Positions 42,530-59,260 of a stretch of 64,000 nucleotides of DNA are shown here, piece by piece. How positions within the stretch are numbered: the first letter of the stretch is position 1; each line of letters starts with the position of its first letter. The notes below the pieces were generated by a model that saw nothing but the letters and a program-made list of their open reading frames with translations, was not told the DNA's origin and ran no database searches. The DNA comes from Flaccisagitta enflata (taxonomy: Eukaryota): positions 16,244,001-16,308,000 of the forward strand of contig OZ231126.1 in NCBI GenBank assembly GCA_965153355.1. Reading direction: 5' to 3'. Position numbers and translations under genes: made by a program.

Positions 42530-43016
42530 TTTTTGGGCAGCGGCCCCAAAGGGCCGATGTCCTGTAGGGCACAGGGGGAATTTTGAGACGTTCGTCCGTC
42601 CTTCTTTCTCCCCCCCCCTTGGCCATCAGAGCCTCAAGTCTGCAGTCTCAGGCCTGATTTTGGCCCTCTGAGCCCTCAAATTTGCCCTTTCAGACTTCAA
42701 TTTAGCCCTCGAGAGCTCAAATCAGCTGCCAGACCTCATATCTGCCCTCAAGACCTCAAATCAGCCCTTCAGACCTCAAATCCGCCCTTCAGACCTCAAA
42801 TCAACTCTTCAGGCATCAAATTTTTCCTCTAGGCCTCAAGCCTGCCCCCCAAGCCTCAAGCCTGCCCCCCCAAGCCTCAAATCTGCTCTTTCGGACTAAA
42901 TTCTGCCATTACCGACCTCAAATCCACCTCAGGACGTCTTGAAATTCACCCCTGTGTCCTACAGGACATCGGCCCTTTGGGGCCGCTGCCCTGCTCTCAC
43001 TCCACTACTTCACTTG
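42530..43016 (+). mobile_element. HINE-like family 2 copy, 3'-truncated, abutting the zinc-finger ORF
   Basis: ttttgggcagcggcccc ... ggggccgctgccctgctctcactccac; the usual gggtaccgctgacc tail is missing. Confidence 0.75.
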
Positions 43017-43018
43017 AC

Positions 43019-44611
<1,593 letters not shown>

Positions 44612-44774
44612 GTTGCATTGAATGACCGATGGCATGGCTCTGACTTGTTGGAGACTTCCTCTATTTTCTTTTTCATTTGAATAAACAAATCGCTCTTTAA
44701 AATGTGTTTGAAAAAAACAAGCCCAAGAGGGCAACAGTCGCGTGCGTCTGGAAATGACAAACAAAAGAGCAAAA

Positions 44775-45060
44775 ACATGTCAAAATGTTAAAAATGTTGA
44801 AAAATGTTGAAAAATGTTAAAAATGTTAAAGAATGTTAAATAATGTTAAAAAATGTTAAAAAATATAAAAAATGTTAAAAAATGTTAAAAAATGTGAAAA
44901 AATGTGAAAAAAGGTTTAATGATAAAAAATGCTAAAAAATGCTAAAAGATGTTAAAAGATGTCAAAAGATGTCAAAAAATGTCAAAAAATGTTAAAAAAT
45001 GTTAAAAAATATTAAGAAATATTAATGAATGCTAAAAAATGTTAAAAACGTTCAAAATTT
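44775..45060. repeat. (AAAAATGTT)-like minisatellite
   Basis: Direct reading. Confidence 0.85.
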
Positions 45061-45756
45061 AGAAATGTGACGGACGGACCGACGGACCGACGGACCGACC
45101 GACAGAGCAAGGTGTAGAGTCGCGTGCACGCGACTAAAAAACAAATTATATCCATTTCACAATGTTCTTGCCTTACATCTTTTTAGAGTAAAGGTTAACA
45201 TTTCCACTGGTTCGAAAGGCCGTTTGAACGGTTTTAGTCAGTTTTCATCCAGCAAAGAGATAACAATATCACTACACGGCTACCCTAGTCGCGAACGGGT
45301 GGGCAGCGTCTGTATTTGAGCTCACTAGAGCATTTTGGCAAGAGCAGTGAGGCCAACGACAGCAAAAACATAAAAAAGTGAAAAGTGGACAAACCGACGA
45401 ATCCACGAACCGACGAACCGACAGACCAGTCAGCAGCGACTAAAAAGAAAGAAAGAGCGGAGGGAACAAAGGAAAGCAGTGAGAAAAAAAAAAGAAAGTA
45501 AGAAAGAAAGAAAGAAAGAAGGAAAGATAGAAAGAAAGAAGGAAAGATAGAAAGAAAGGAAAGAAAAAGAAAGAAAGAAGAGAGAATGAAAGAGTAGGAG
45601 AGAAAGAAAGAGTGGATGAAAAAAGAGAGAGAGGATGAAAGAGTGAATGAAAGAAGGAAAGAAAGAAAGAAAAGAACAATAATGAGAGATAGAAGGTATA
45701 TCAAAGTTTTAACTAAAGACAAGAGGTGAAATATAAAAAGACAAAATGATAAAAAG

Positions 45757-46078
45757 AACAAGGCCGGATACACGGCTACCGAAGTCGCGTGCGGGTGGGC
45801 AGGGGCCATATTTGAGGTCTCCAGACTATTTGGGCAGGAGCAGTGAGGTCAAAGAAATAAAATCATAAAAAAATAAAGTGTGACCGACCGACCAACCGAC
45901 CGACCGACGGACAAAGCGGGTTGTAGAGTCGCGTGCACGCCACTAAAAACAAGGCCAATTAGGCCAATAAGGTGCGACGTGTGGATTGTCGAACAAATGC
46001 GTTACCCGACTAACCAACCGACCAACCGATCAACCAACGGAAACAGCCAGTTATAGAGGGGCTTTGTCGCACCTAGAA
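45757..46078 (-). mobile_element. Tandem HINE family 1 and family 3 copies
   Basis: aacaaggccggatacacggc ... gtcgcgtgcacgccactaaaa, immediately followed by aacaaggcc...aggtgcgac ... gtcgcacctagaaaa. Confidence 0.75.
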
Positions 46079-47345
46079 AATTCAAGAAAGACAGGCAGTG
46101 AAGGAGAAAAACAAAAGAAAACAAACGAAAAATGAAGTTAGGGAAATCCAAGTCGAAGAAACAGTATGAAGTTCATTAAGAATCGAGGTTACATCTCGAG
46201 AAATCACTAAATAAAGGATCGCAGACAAATCTGGATTGCATTTTGCGCTTTCGACCACCGCTGAGGGCGTTCAGGGTTCTGAAATGATGGGCTCACGTCT
46301 TCTGGAGGTTGTTGAGGGTGTCGAAGTAAAATAAACAATTAACGGTAAAAGAGGAGGGGGGGGCAGCAGATTTTTCTTGCTTGATTTATTTTGTTGTACA
46401 GATGTACAAACATGATGTAATGAGTCAAAATAGAAACGAAAAAAGACTGACAATTGAGCAAACAAATGAGCGTGCTAAGAATTATACGAATAGACAGATC
46501 TCAAGATAGATAGATAGCTAGATAGATAGTTAAAAGATAGATGTATGCAACGAACAATTAGATCATTGTTTTCGCTTTACCTTGGATTGGATCATCTGCG
46601 GTGTCGAACTCGTATTCCCATGAGAAGTGGCAATGACCTCCAAAAACTTATTTAGTGAGGAGAAAAACAAGGACGGATATACGGCGTCTTACGTCCTGTG
46701 CGGGACTCTAGGTGGGCATTGGGCAGGAGATGTAATGTCGGTATGGACACAGGACATTTTCGACGGTATCGTGCTGATGCTAAAAAAACAAGTGACGCGG
46801 GGTTACAATGTCGTTGCGGACGGGTGGACGGGGGCATCCAACCCCCATCCACCCCCCAACCCACCCCCGACATTCAAACATACACAAATTGTCATCCAAG
46901 GGTCGCACATAGTCAGCGATGCCAGATGCCCTGCTTGGAGAGATTAGCTGAAGAAGTGGAGTGAGAGCAGGGCAGCGGCCCCCAAAGGGCCGATGTCCAG
47001 GAGGGCATATTTTCCATGATATCCTATGGGAATTTTGCATTTTTTCAATTTCTTGTCAATTTGCCATGTTCTTCAATGGGAATTTTACTTTTTTTTCAGT
47101 TTTCATCAATTTTCTATGATATTCAAAGGGAAACATGCATTTTTAATTTTTTTGGTAAATTTTCCATGTTATTTTATGGGAATTTTGCATTTTGTCAATT
47201 TCCCATGTTATTTAATGGGAATTTGAGGCTTGAGAAGCTAGGGGGGATGTACAGACGGACGGACGGACCATCATATGGACAGACGTATGGAAATTCACCC
47301 CTGTGTCCTACAGGACCGCTGCCCAAAAAGTATCTTAAACGCTCG

Positions 47346-47988
47346 TTTTTGGGCAGCGGCCCCGAAGGGGCCGATGACCTATGCTTTCACATAGGGGGAA
47401 TTTCTCCTTCTTCAGTGTACCCCCCCCCCTCCGCTTGAAACCCAGTCTTGAGGCTCAAATCCCAGTCTCGAGGCTCAAATCCCAGTCTCAAGGCTCAAAT
47501 CCCATCTCAAGGCTCAAATCCCAGTCTGGAGGCTCAAATCCCCGTCTCGAGGCTCAAATCCCAGTCTCAAGGCTCAAATCCCGTCTCGAGGCTCAAATCC
47601 CAGTCTCGAGGCTCAAATCCCCGTCTTGAGGCTCAAATCCCCGTCTCAAGGCTCAAATCCCGATCTCGAGGCTCATATCCCAATCTAGAGGCTCAAATCC
47701 CAAACTCAAGGCTCAAATTCTAGTCTCGAGGCTCAAATCCCAGTTTCAAGGCTCAAATCCTAGTCTTGACGTTCAAATCCCAGTCTTGAAGCTCAAATCC
47801 TAGCTTCGAGGCTTAAAACCTAGCCCCGAGGGTCACATCCCAGACTGAAGGCTCACATCCCAGCTGCAGTAAAAACAGCATAGGTCATCGGCCCCTTCGG
47901 GGCCGCTGCCCCTCTAACCACTTCACACCCACATGAACTCACATAGGGGCATCGGGTACCGCTGACCATCTAACGCTTTTGCGACTAT
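47346..47988 (+). mobile_element. Full-length HINE-like family 2 copy with ~20 x 21-bp internal tandem repeat
   Basis: gggcagcggcccc / ggggccgctgccc inverted repeats; (ctcgaggctcaaatcccagt)-type array 47447-47860. Confidence 0.8.
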
Positions 47989-48650
47989 TCCACTTTCCAA
48001 TTCGATGACCCTGGACCAACAGACCAACGGACCAACAGACCAACGGACCGACGGACGGACGGACAAAGCCTCTTATAGAGTTGCGTGTCCGTAACTAAAA
48101 AGCACAGTTGACAGAATGTGAAATGGAGATGCATATATGCATTAAACAAGGCCAGATGCACGATACCCAAGTTTCGTGTAGGTGAGCAGAGGCAGTGATG
48201 TGGGTGGCTGCTAAAGACGCTATGCCTATGGCATTTAGGGCAGGGGTAATAATGCGAGAATTGCCCTCGAACACCAAAAAGTATAAAAAAAAAGAACCGG
48301 ATGTTTCACCGATGGAGGGAAGGACAGACGGAGGGATCGAAGTCACGGTTGATTAAGTCTCGTGCTGGTCTAGATGTTCTTTCCTGTTTCTTTAATGAAG
48401 TCGTTGTTTTTTGAACGTGGAGAAATGTTGTTTTAACAACCGAGAACTAACGATCAACATCGTCTATTAGCGATACTGCTGGATGGTGTGTCCGTCCGTG
48501 ACTCACGCTCCTCTTTCTGGCCGTCAGTAAAGAATTTTCTTCATCTCCGCACCTTACCAATTTTAAACCAGAAATGCGCGCATTCCACAGCAACTTTGGG
48601 AACCACATTTAAATTTTCGTCATTTTATTGCTTATGTAATATGTAATCAT

Positions 48651-49196
48651 CAGGCCTTTTTTTAGTGATTTTTTTTTTTTGGCAGAGCCAACCGGGCTCT
48701 CTCCTCACAAATTTACAGAGCCCGATGGCTAAACAGCGAGCCCGGCAAAAAAACAATGTTGAGTGAAAGGCTCAATGAATTGTGTGTGTGGAGGGGGGGG
48801 CTCAAAGATTGTGAGGAAATTTGCTAGAAAACATTTGGGCGGAAGAAGTGACAAAATCACTTGTAAATGCCATAATAGGAATAAGTCAGTTCTAAGGATA
48901 TGCCAACTTTTTATACCATCAATATTAGACGCATATACATGATAAAAATGAGATGCTTTACTTGTTTATCAATAAACATTTGACAGGGTGACATGGTAGA
49001 AGTTCATTCTTGTCACTTTTAACTTGTGAATTGGATTTTCTTCTTAGGATTTTACAAGAACCTTTCAATCCATTTGAGTTCAAAACATGGTTTCAATTTT
49101 GAGAGAGCCAGCTGGGCTCAGAGCCAGTGAAACCAGAGAGCCCGAAAGCAAAATAGAGAGCCACGGGCTCGCGGGCTCGCTCTAAAAAAAGGCCTG
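48651..49196 (-). mobile_element. hAT MITE related to 41223-41604
   Basis: caggccttttttt / aaaaaaaggcctg; gtaatcat on both flanks (1-nt offset on the right); gggctcgcgggctcgctc is the rc of the subterminal motif of the 41223 copy. Confidence 0.8.
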
Positions 49197-49356
49197 AGTA
49201 ATCATCCATGTCAGTGACATTATGCGGTATCATCAACGTTATGCGGTATCGGACATTCTTAATCTCTAAAGAAATATTTCTTTGCTGGATTGCATAAAGA
49301 GAAATTCTCTATTTTTCATATTTTCGTTGTCTTATGAAAGAAAGAATGAAAGAGAG

Positions 49357-49521
<165 letters not shown>

Positions 49522-50073
49522 ATTATACCATAGATACATATAGTTACCACATTAGTCGGGCAGCACTAATAACTAATGAATGAAGCTGGAGGAACGTTTT
49601 CGTTGGGTCTAATTAGGCATGATGCCGCTCAACATATTTGCATCATAATAATCGATCATAAATGAAGTAGACTTTTTTTGAAATGGGTAGATTGCATGGT
49701 ACTTCAGCTGCAGTGTTGAGAAAATGTTGCTTAGGTCTGACACTAATTGCTAATACTGATAGTTACAGGGCTTTCCGCAATTGCAACGGTTGAATTCACA
49801 TTTCATTAAATAAGTCGTGAGTATTTGTCAACTAGTCAAAGTCTGAATATTATCACATGCAGGTAGGTATGGGCACTGAAAAAAAGGTATTTTTTTCAGT
49901 GGACACTGGATAGGGGCAAAATCTGCAGCCACTTGTATAACATGATGGGGTAAATCACTGGGTCAATGAACTTATTACAAATGTTGAAAGTTTGGCTAGA
50001 CATGTAATGAAATATAATTCAATCTAAATCCAAATCAATTTCACTTTCTCCATTGCGGATCTAAAATGACTTA

Positions 50074-51183
50074 CAGTATGATGGGAGCAATGGCGACCTA
50101 GACTGGAGGATAGATTTTAGGTACCTTAATTCTATTTGTAATATAGAATATTTTAGATTTAGGCTAATCAAAGGTTGCTTTATTGAGTGAAAATGTTTAC
50201 GTCTCTCAAACTTTAACTTGCGACTTGACCTCATCAAGACTTCATTTTTCAAAGTTTTAACCTATCTCAATAGATCGGGTGGAAAATTTCATAAAGTTTT
50301 GAAAAAAAAAATCCGCTCAATCGGTCTATTTTTACAGGTTTTTCCACCTTCTACAGATTGCTATCATTTTGCGAAGTAGAACATCTAAGAAACAAAAATA
50401 AAAAAGCTTCTCCAGAAAGTGATAGTCTGCTCTCTATCGATTATTTTTAGAACAAGATTCTAGATTTGGGATGATATGTTGATGACAAAATTGCAAGGGG
50501 CAGTATTGAGATGAGGGACTGTTGTAGGACACATATAGGTTAAATGGTAAGAGACAACACAGGGTAGAATAGTTAAAAAAAGTTATTTAGTTAAAATGTG
50601 ATTTTTTTTATAATGAAATTTTGTTAGTGATTTACCCTCAATGTGAGTGAGGTTCTTTACAGGGGGCCAAAAATGAGGTTCATTTTACTCTACGATAGAC
50701 CATTTACGAGTTATAAGCAAAAAAAGAAAAATAGAAAAAAATTTCAACTATCAATTTTTTCACTGTTTTGAATAAATTTAAAGACTATCACTTTGAGGAG
50801 CCTCCCTGAGAGGGTCATCCTATTTTGTCAGTCTGGAGAGGGTGTTACAGCCATTTTAAGTTTTGCTTAAAAACTAATTTGCATAACTTTTGTTTATTAA
50901 GCATAGTTGTAAAACCTGTAAAAATAGTCTGATTGGGCTGATCTTTTTTTTAAAAGTTATATACAAAATTTTTCACCCGATCTAATGAAATTGGTTAGAA
51001 CCTTGAAAAATGAAGTCTTGATGAGGTCAAGTCACAAGTTGAGGTTTAAGAGATGCAAATGCTTTCACTCGATAGAGCAACTTTAATTAGCCTAGATCTC
51101 AAATATTTCATGAAACAAAAAAAAAAATCAGGAAACCTAAGATCTATCCTCCAGTCTAGGTCGTCATTGCTCCCACCGTACTG
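50074..51183. mobile_element. MITE with ~270-bp TIRs (Tc1/mariner-like)
   Basis: cagtatgatgggagcaatggcgacctagactggaggatagat vs atctatcctccagtctaggtcgtcattgctcccaccgtactg; further inverted matches to ~50342/50911. Confidence 0.8.
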
Positions 51184-51891
51184 AAGATAGATTGATTCTT
51201 CTTTTTTAATGTGAACGATTTTTTCCGTTATGAGATTCGTGCTTTTCATGATACATTCAAGGTCCGGTTTTTCCAAAAGGAAGTATGCAATGCTGACAAT
51301 CCCTGAAAAGTGATAACTAGGATTCATTCTAACTCGAAAAGAGACATAGTTATAAATCCGTGATCAATGATCAGATCAGACCTGATTTTATTGGCTTGTG
51401 ATTTGAAACCTCTTTTATGCATCAAAATTCATGATAGCAGGATTTTTTGGCGATAGGCATGGCGAATGACATTGCAAAAGTTGACAATTTTTTTCATCGA
51501 CCAACGTCAACGACAAATGACAAATGACAAATGACAAATGACAAATGACAAATGATAAGTTTCAATGACCAAGAAGGCAATATCAATGCATTTGTACTAG
51601 ACATTATTGAATGATCTTGAAAATGATATGGACAGAGGACAATGACAATGACTGTGGCCAATGCCAATGACAAATGCAAATAACAGAACTCTACAACGAA
51701 AGACAATGACAACATTTTTCCTCTGCAGTGAAATTTGTGTCGGTCCATGAACTCGTCTAAATACGACTAAATATCTGTCATTCTACGTCCATACAACTGT
51801 TCATCTTTCTCTCTGTGCTTCCCTGTCTCCGTCTCTGTCTCTGTCTCTCTCTGTCTGTCTTTGTCTGTCTCTGTCTCTCTGTCTCTCTGTA

Positions 51892-51994
<103 letters not shown>

Positions 51995-53985
51995 CAGACA
52001 CTTATTTATTCCACATCCACATGTTGACTTTGGGTTTTAAAGTCCCATTTCAACAACAGCACAACAAGATCAATCATTTCTGACTCTGAACAAGCGAGAC
52101 GAGAGTATTCAAAGCTCGCCTCTCAGTCTTATTTGCGGGACACTTGAAGAGGCTGCGTTCGTCTATTTTTTTAAACCTTTTTAAACAACCAAAAAAACGG
52201 TCAAAACAGTCTACAGGTCCAGTTTGGACGGCGCAATGTGAAAACAAGCCGAATAGGCCAAATACACACACAACTACATTCGAGCTGTAATTGCCAAGAC
52301 TGCAGCTGAGGTGCCATATCGCACCCTAGCAGCAAAGACAACAAGAAATTATTCATTTTGATTTAAAATAAAGTAGATACCTCAAAACTTCATCAGATGT
52401 TCCTACACCTTAAAATCAGATGATGGATTATACGCATTAAGTCCTCAAAAAAGAAAAACACAGTTTGTCATACATTATTTGAAAGTATGTTTTTCCACGA
52501 TTTTCATTGATTTGCTAAAAAATCTATCTATAAGTTTCCTCATAACTACATAGCTTATGCAAATTTAGAGTGAAAGTTCCAATATTAACAAAAGCCCTGA
52601 TAATAAAAAGAGAGCAAAAAAGAGAAAAAAAGAATAAGAGTGAGAAAAAAAAGTGAGGATTGTAGCTGCTAAGATGCGATATCGTACCTCAGCAGCATTA
52701 GCCTTAACTGGGGGTTTTTACCGGACCTCAGCAGTCCCCCCCTACATTCTCCTTTCATTCCTTCCTCCCTTTTTCCCTTCCTTCCTCCCCTCCTGTCTCC
52801 CTTCCATTCCTTCCTTCCTCGCTCCCTTCCTTGCTCCCTTCCTTTCTCCGTTCTTCCTTCCTCCTTCCCTCTTGCCTTCTCTCCTTTCTTCTTCCTGCTT
52901 TGCTTGCTTTCTTCCTTTCCTCCTTCCTTCCTTCCATTCTCGGCTACCTTCCTCCCTCCCTTACTTTCTCCCTTTCTTCCCTTAATTCCTTCCTACCTTC
53001 CATCCTTCCTTCCTGTCTTCCTTCCTTCCTCTCTTCCTACCTTCCTTCCTTCTTGATCTTTCTTTAAAAACCAAAGTAAAAAATGTAGAAATATTTCGGA
53101 TGAACGGACGGACGGACAGACGGACGGACGGCCCGACAGAGCAACGTGTAGAGCCGCGTGCACGCGACAAAAAAGAAACTTACAGTATCGCTCTTTTTTT
53201 CCTTCTACCTAAAAGTTATATGTTTTAGATTCAGATTTTTTCGATAAAACAAAAGATTTATGACGATTACATTCTTTTTTGGCTTTGTTCTTAAAACTCA
53301 AAATCGTCATCAATCGTCACAACATTCGCCGAATCTGATAACGAAAACTATTGACATTCGTGAAAAATTCACAAGGTACTTATGAATCGATAAATCGACG
53401 CAATTTTCGCAACTTTTTCTTTCCTTTTTTTTTTATCTTTTGATAATTCCCTGTTGTTCATATTATTCCCTGTTGTTACCAATATCATTGTTATTATTGT
53501 TATTATTGTAAATTGTTATTTTTATTGTTATTGTTATTGTTGCCTCGCAATTTACACCAAGTTGGAGAATGATGAAGAATGAAATGTTAGTTTGTAGCGC
53601 ATCTTAGGTAGTCGTGCCGAATGCTTTTGGTTCGCCACTGTCATTTCTTTGACGAATATAATATCATTCATTGTTATTGTTATTGTTATTGGTATTGGTA
53701 TTTTTATTGTTATTGTTATTGTTATAATTATTAATATTAATTGATTTTCCATTAGCCCATTTGCTCATCGTGCAGCCCTCGTGAATGTGTGTCTTTGGGT
53801 GTGTTCATTATTTCCATCTTTGTTAATCAACTGTTCAATATTTTTGCCAATTTTTCCTTTCAAACAAGCAATTGACTTGCGTTTCCCATAACTGATATTC
53901 TGTCGTCCATCGATCTAATTCAGGAAACAAGAAAGGACGACGATTTCATATCAAACTTAATTTGAAAAACAAAAAGATACACAAG

Positions 53986-54232
53986 ATGATCTCTTCTTTT
54001 GGCGATTCCTCCGCGCCTTTTCCCTCTTCCTCCTCTCCCTCCTATCCTCCTCCCACCGACACTTTCGATTTCCGCCTTCAGTCGACGACGCCGCCGCCAC
54101 CGACTTCCAAGTTCCTCTTGAAGACCCTTCCGGGGATTCTCTTGGCGGTCGTTTCCATCTTCTGCAACGCCGTCGTCATCGTCATTTGCTGCATCGCTAA
54201 AACGCGCAAAAAACGACCTCCGGTTTATTACG
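53986..54232 (+). CDS. Orphan class A 7TM receptor 2, exon 1 (N-terminus, TM1)
   Basis: ATG; GILLAVVSIFCNAVVIVICCI; donor tacg|gtgtgt. Confidence 0.75.
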
Positions 54233-55171
54233 GTGTGTATCTATATTTTCACACTCGTTGCCGTAGTCGTAGTCTTGACTAATCAGCGTCCGACTAAAAA
54301 AATGATAATCGGCATTCATCAGTAACGTCAGTGCACTTAAGGCTTGGTCATTACGCAAGGAGCTAATTTGCATATTGCCGACTCGGCAGTTTTATCCTCT
54401 TAGCAGGATCCAACAACCGCAATATGAAAAAATGTACTTGAAAAACGTCACATCGCGATTTGTGATTCTTAATAGTGCTCTAAGGTATAATTGCGTCCAT
54501 AAGTTTGGTCCAAATCATACTGCATGTGCTCATCAGTATCATCAACGTCATTCATTAAACAATCATAATCTATTCAAATTCGTTAAGATCGCACATTACT
54601 TCTGGCGAAGAGGCGCTTTTTAGTTCCTTCTTCAGAATTTTGATAGGTTCGCGGATGTGGACCTCAGATTTACGGTGCGAGGAGGGCAGCTGCGGTCTTA
54701 GCTGCAGTTGGTTGCTACAGCGTCGAAAGGCATTTTGCACAGTTGTACTTCGAGGGAGATAACAACATGGCCGGATACATAGTCTGGGGTCGTTGGCATG
54801 GCCAGGGGTCGTGTTGCAAAAATTGCTCAATAATGAAAATTTGTTATGGACTGGCCAAGAATACAAAAATGAAATATTTTTCTTAATTGTTTAAAAACAA
54901 AAATTAAAAAAATTGTACCACCCACCCAATTAATTTGTCCGACGATTGGTTGGAGAATCAGCTGCATTCTTTTTAATCGCGTACATGCTCGGTCGATCGT
55001 TCCGCCCGTCCTTCTGATGGTCGGTGGCACTTGGTATTTTCGTTTTTGCATCAACGCGTCCAATGACCAGTATAGCTTCTTCATCACTACTCTTAACCAC
55101 TCGCACGCGATTCATCGACTTTGACTGGTTTTTACGTGCTTACGTTCTTACGTCCTTTCATCTGTGATCAG

Positions 55172-55585
55172 ATCACGCAGCGCATAACAGCACCAACGCG
55201 TCGTCAATCTCGGGTTCCACCGTGTCTTTGAGCGTGCCGCCTTCCACGTCCACGTCGATCGATTCATCCGATTTGGCGTCCGCGTCGACGACATCGACGA
55301 CATCGACGACGACTCCCGCCAACTCACCAAACATGTCGTCGACTCTTTCTCTCTCGACATCGTCGTCGGCGCGCTCGAGTTGCTGTAACGAAGAAGTAGC
55401 CGGAAGTCGACGCCATCTACAGTCTCAATGCCGCAAAGCCAGTTTTATCAGCACGTGCTCATTCGACATCACGGCTGTTTTGAAAGAGAAGGACCGTCGG
55501 GAAGGCAACGGCTTTGATGACGGGAATGACAACGACGACGATGATGGCAACAACAACAACGACAACAACAACAACAACAACAACC

Positions 55586-55676
<91 letters not shown>

Positions 55677-56057
55677 CCATCCACACATTTCACCTTATCA
55701 TCTGCACGTCGCGCCACAACATCTACAACTTCCATTGCAACATCTCCAGATTCCACCTCAGCATCTACAGAGGCAGTCTCTGTACCTTCAGTCGCCCTCC
55801 AAACAGCTGCAAGCTCGTCGCGGATCCGCATTCTCGACGCTGGCGGTATCATCGTCCTCACCTTTGTCTCCCTCGACATGTTCACGTCTATCAAGCCGGA
55901 GGTCGGCCAACTGTTTGGTCGACGTGGAGCAGAATCGGACTCAGCAAGTGCTCCGTCGACTCAACGTCTCCATCAGTTCCAAATTCGGCATCCACGTGAT
56001 GCTCTTAGCCGCCGTCGACATCTTGGTAGCGGTTGCGTTTTTAGTGTATAATTTCAG
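55172..56057 (+). CDS. 7TM receptor 2, exon 2 (S/T- and poly-N-rich ICL1, TM2)
   Basis: cag| phase 1, open to IHVMLLAAVDILVAVAFLVYNF (LAxxD); donor ttcag|gtgcg. Confidence 0.7.
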
Positions 56058-56061
56058 GTGC

Positions 56062-56350
<289 letters not shown>

Positions 56351-56759
56351 GGAATATTGTGAAATGTGAATGATGATGATGTTTAGACTAAAGTGCGATT
56401 GTGATGATATTGTAGCTTTCGGCGACGATTATCATTAAGACGATGAAGATAAACAGAACAATGACTGGAAAATCACTGTGAATTCACCAAGTGCATGTCC
56501 GGGTCAACAAATCGAACTTAGACATCATTTTTCACTCGGTTTTGATGTCTCAAACATTTAAAGTTGGCAATGGCACGATCAAATGCCATTTGTCGTGTCT
56601 GAGTCTGAAAAGTTTCTGTACTTCTGTGTTTACAATCATATAAGTTACATCAGAATCCATGCATGCATGCCTTAAAAGTTAACAGCGAGTGCGTCACCGC
56701 GGTGCTCCATTGTATAATCGTTATTCAATCTTTATTTAACTTTAAAAACACAACAACAG

Positions 56760-57218
56760 CGCCATCGCCTACGGCAGCTACGAGGGTTTCATCGTTCACT
56801 TTGCCTCGGGACTCCTTCACAAAGACGACGACGAGAAGGAAAACACGACTTCATCGTCATTCCTTCCCACAACCACTACGTGGCCGACTACAACCACGAT
56901 TACATTAGCGTCAGAAAACTTAAACCACAGCTACAGTCACAACGTCACCCACGCCCTCGAACACACCACCGCTGCCGACGATAACGTCGATGACATTAAC
57001 GGCATCGACCAACACGGCATTTCCCAATCCTACCCACGAGTTCAGTTTGACGCCAACGGCAGCGTCGATCTGTTCGCGTTTACGCCAATGTTTATGGCGT
57101 GGCGTCAAGGAAATTCGGTGGCCGGGTTTCCGCCACTTTTGCTCTTCGCCGCCACCGCCACCAGAAATATCACCACCTTCATCGCCGTCGATAGAGCGCT
57201 TAGACTTCATAAATTCCA
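56760..57218 (+). CDS. 7TM receptor 2, exon 3 (long ECL1, TM3); needs one frame correction, probably near 56840
   Basis: Starts SAIAYGSYEGFIVHF. The -1 frame runs to PLLLFAATATRNITTFIAVDRAL (DRY-like); donor ca|gtgagt. Confidence 0.65.
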
Positions 57219-57245
57219 GTGAGTGAAACTTCCATGGTTTCTATT

Positions 57246-57895
<650 letters not shown>

Positions 57896-57901
57896 CTTCC
57901 T

Positions 57902-58490
57902 TTTTTGGGCAGCGGCCCCGAAGGGCACGATGTCCTGTAGAACACAGGGGACTTTTGTTTGTTTGTCCGTCCCCCCCCCCCAGCTTTGAGGCTCATATCC
58001 CAGCCTCAAGGCTAAAATATTATTCTCATGGCTCAGATCCCAGCCTGGAGGCCCAATTTTCAGCCTCAAGCCTTAAATCTCAGCCTCAATGCTTAAATCC
58101 CAAACTCAAGGCTAAAATCCCAGCCTTAGGGCTCAAGTCCTATCTTCAAGGCTCGAATACCAGCCTCTAGGCCCAAATCCCAGCCTGCAAGATCAAATTC
58201 CAGCTTGGAAGCTCCAATCTCAGCCTGGAGGCTCAGATCTCAGCCTTAAGGCTAAAATTTTAGCCTCAAGGTTAAAATCCCAGCCTTGAGGCTCAAATCC
58301 CGACCTCCAGGGTCAAATCTCAGCCTCAATGCTGAAATCCCCGCCTCACAAACTCAATTGGGCCCCCTGTGTTCTATGGGACATCGTCCCCTTTGGGGCC
58401 GCTGCCCTGCTAACCGTCACCAACAATCACTAACATACAAAGCAGGGCAACGGGTATCGCTGACCACATATTGCCCTTGGGTTACTGGTT
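57902..58490 (+). mobile_element. HINE-like family 2 copy
   Basis: Same termini and 21-bp array as the 47346 copy. Confidence 0.75.
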
Positions 58491-58757
58491 TCCCCTTTGT
58501 TTCTTGGTTACTTGGTTTGTTTCTTTGTTTCTTTTCTTTTTGGTCTTTCTTCCTTCCTTTATTCATTCTTTCCTCTTTCCCTTCTTTAATTTTTTCTTTT
58601 TATCTGTCTTTCTCTATTTCCTTCATTCTATCATAAGAAATTTTTAGGTGCGACAAAGCACCTCTTTGTCCGTCTTGGTCTGTTTGTCTGTCGGGTTCGC
58701 ATTCTTTCGACGATCCACAGTAATTTTTAGGCGCGTTAAAAAGCTACTCTGTTTTAT

Positions 58758-58986
<229 letters not shown>

Positions 58987-58992
58987 TTTCAG

Positions 58993-59131
58993 ATATGGCC
59001 TGAAGCAACTGCGCCGGTCTGATCGTTCGACTTTGTTCCAAACTTTGTTGTTTGGAGTTTTGCCTTCGTTTGTTTTGGAACTGGCATTTGTCATCGTCAT
59101 GTCACTCGTGTCATCGCAAGAGGCAATCATG
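58993..59131 (+). CDS. 7TM receptor 2, exon 4 (ICL2, TM4)
   Basis: (TC)n tttcag| phase 2; QTLLFGVLPSFVLELAFVIVMSLV; atg|gtaagc. Confidence 0.7.
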
Positions 59132-59178
59132 GTAAGCATGATACTAATCTAATGATGACGACGACGATGATGATGATA

Positions 59179-59260
<82 letters not shown>

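Noticed and set aside
47447-47860. 21-bp repeat ggctcaaatccc resembling a tRNA T-arm/B-box
   Set aside because: Mismatches the GTTC core in nearly all units; no A-box or cloverleaf; internal array of a HINE.
56838-56844. G GAA AAC as a programmed -1 frameshift site
   Set aside because: Non-canonical heptamer with no evident downstream structure; a homopolymer error is simpler.
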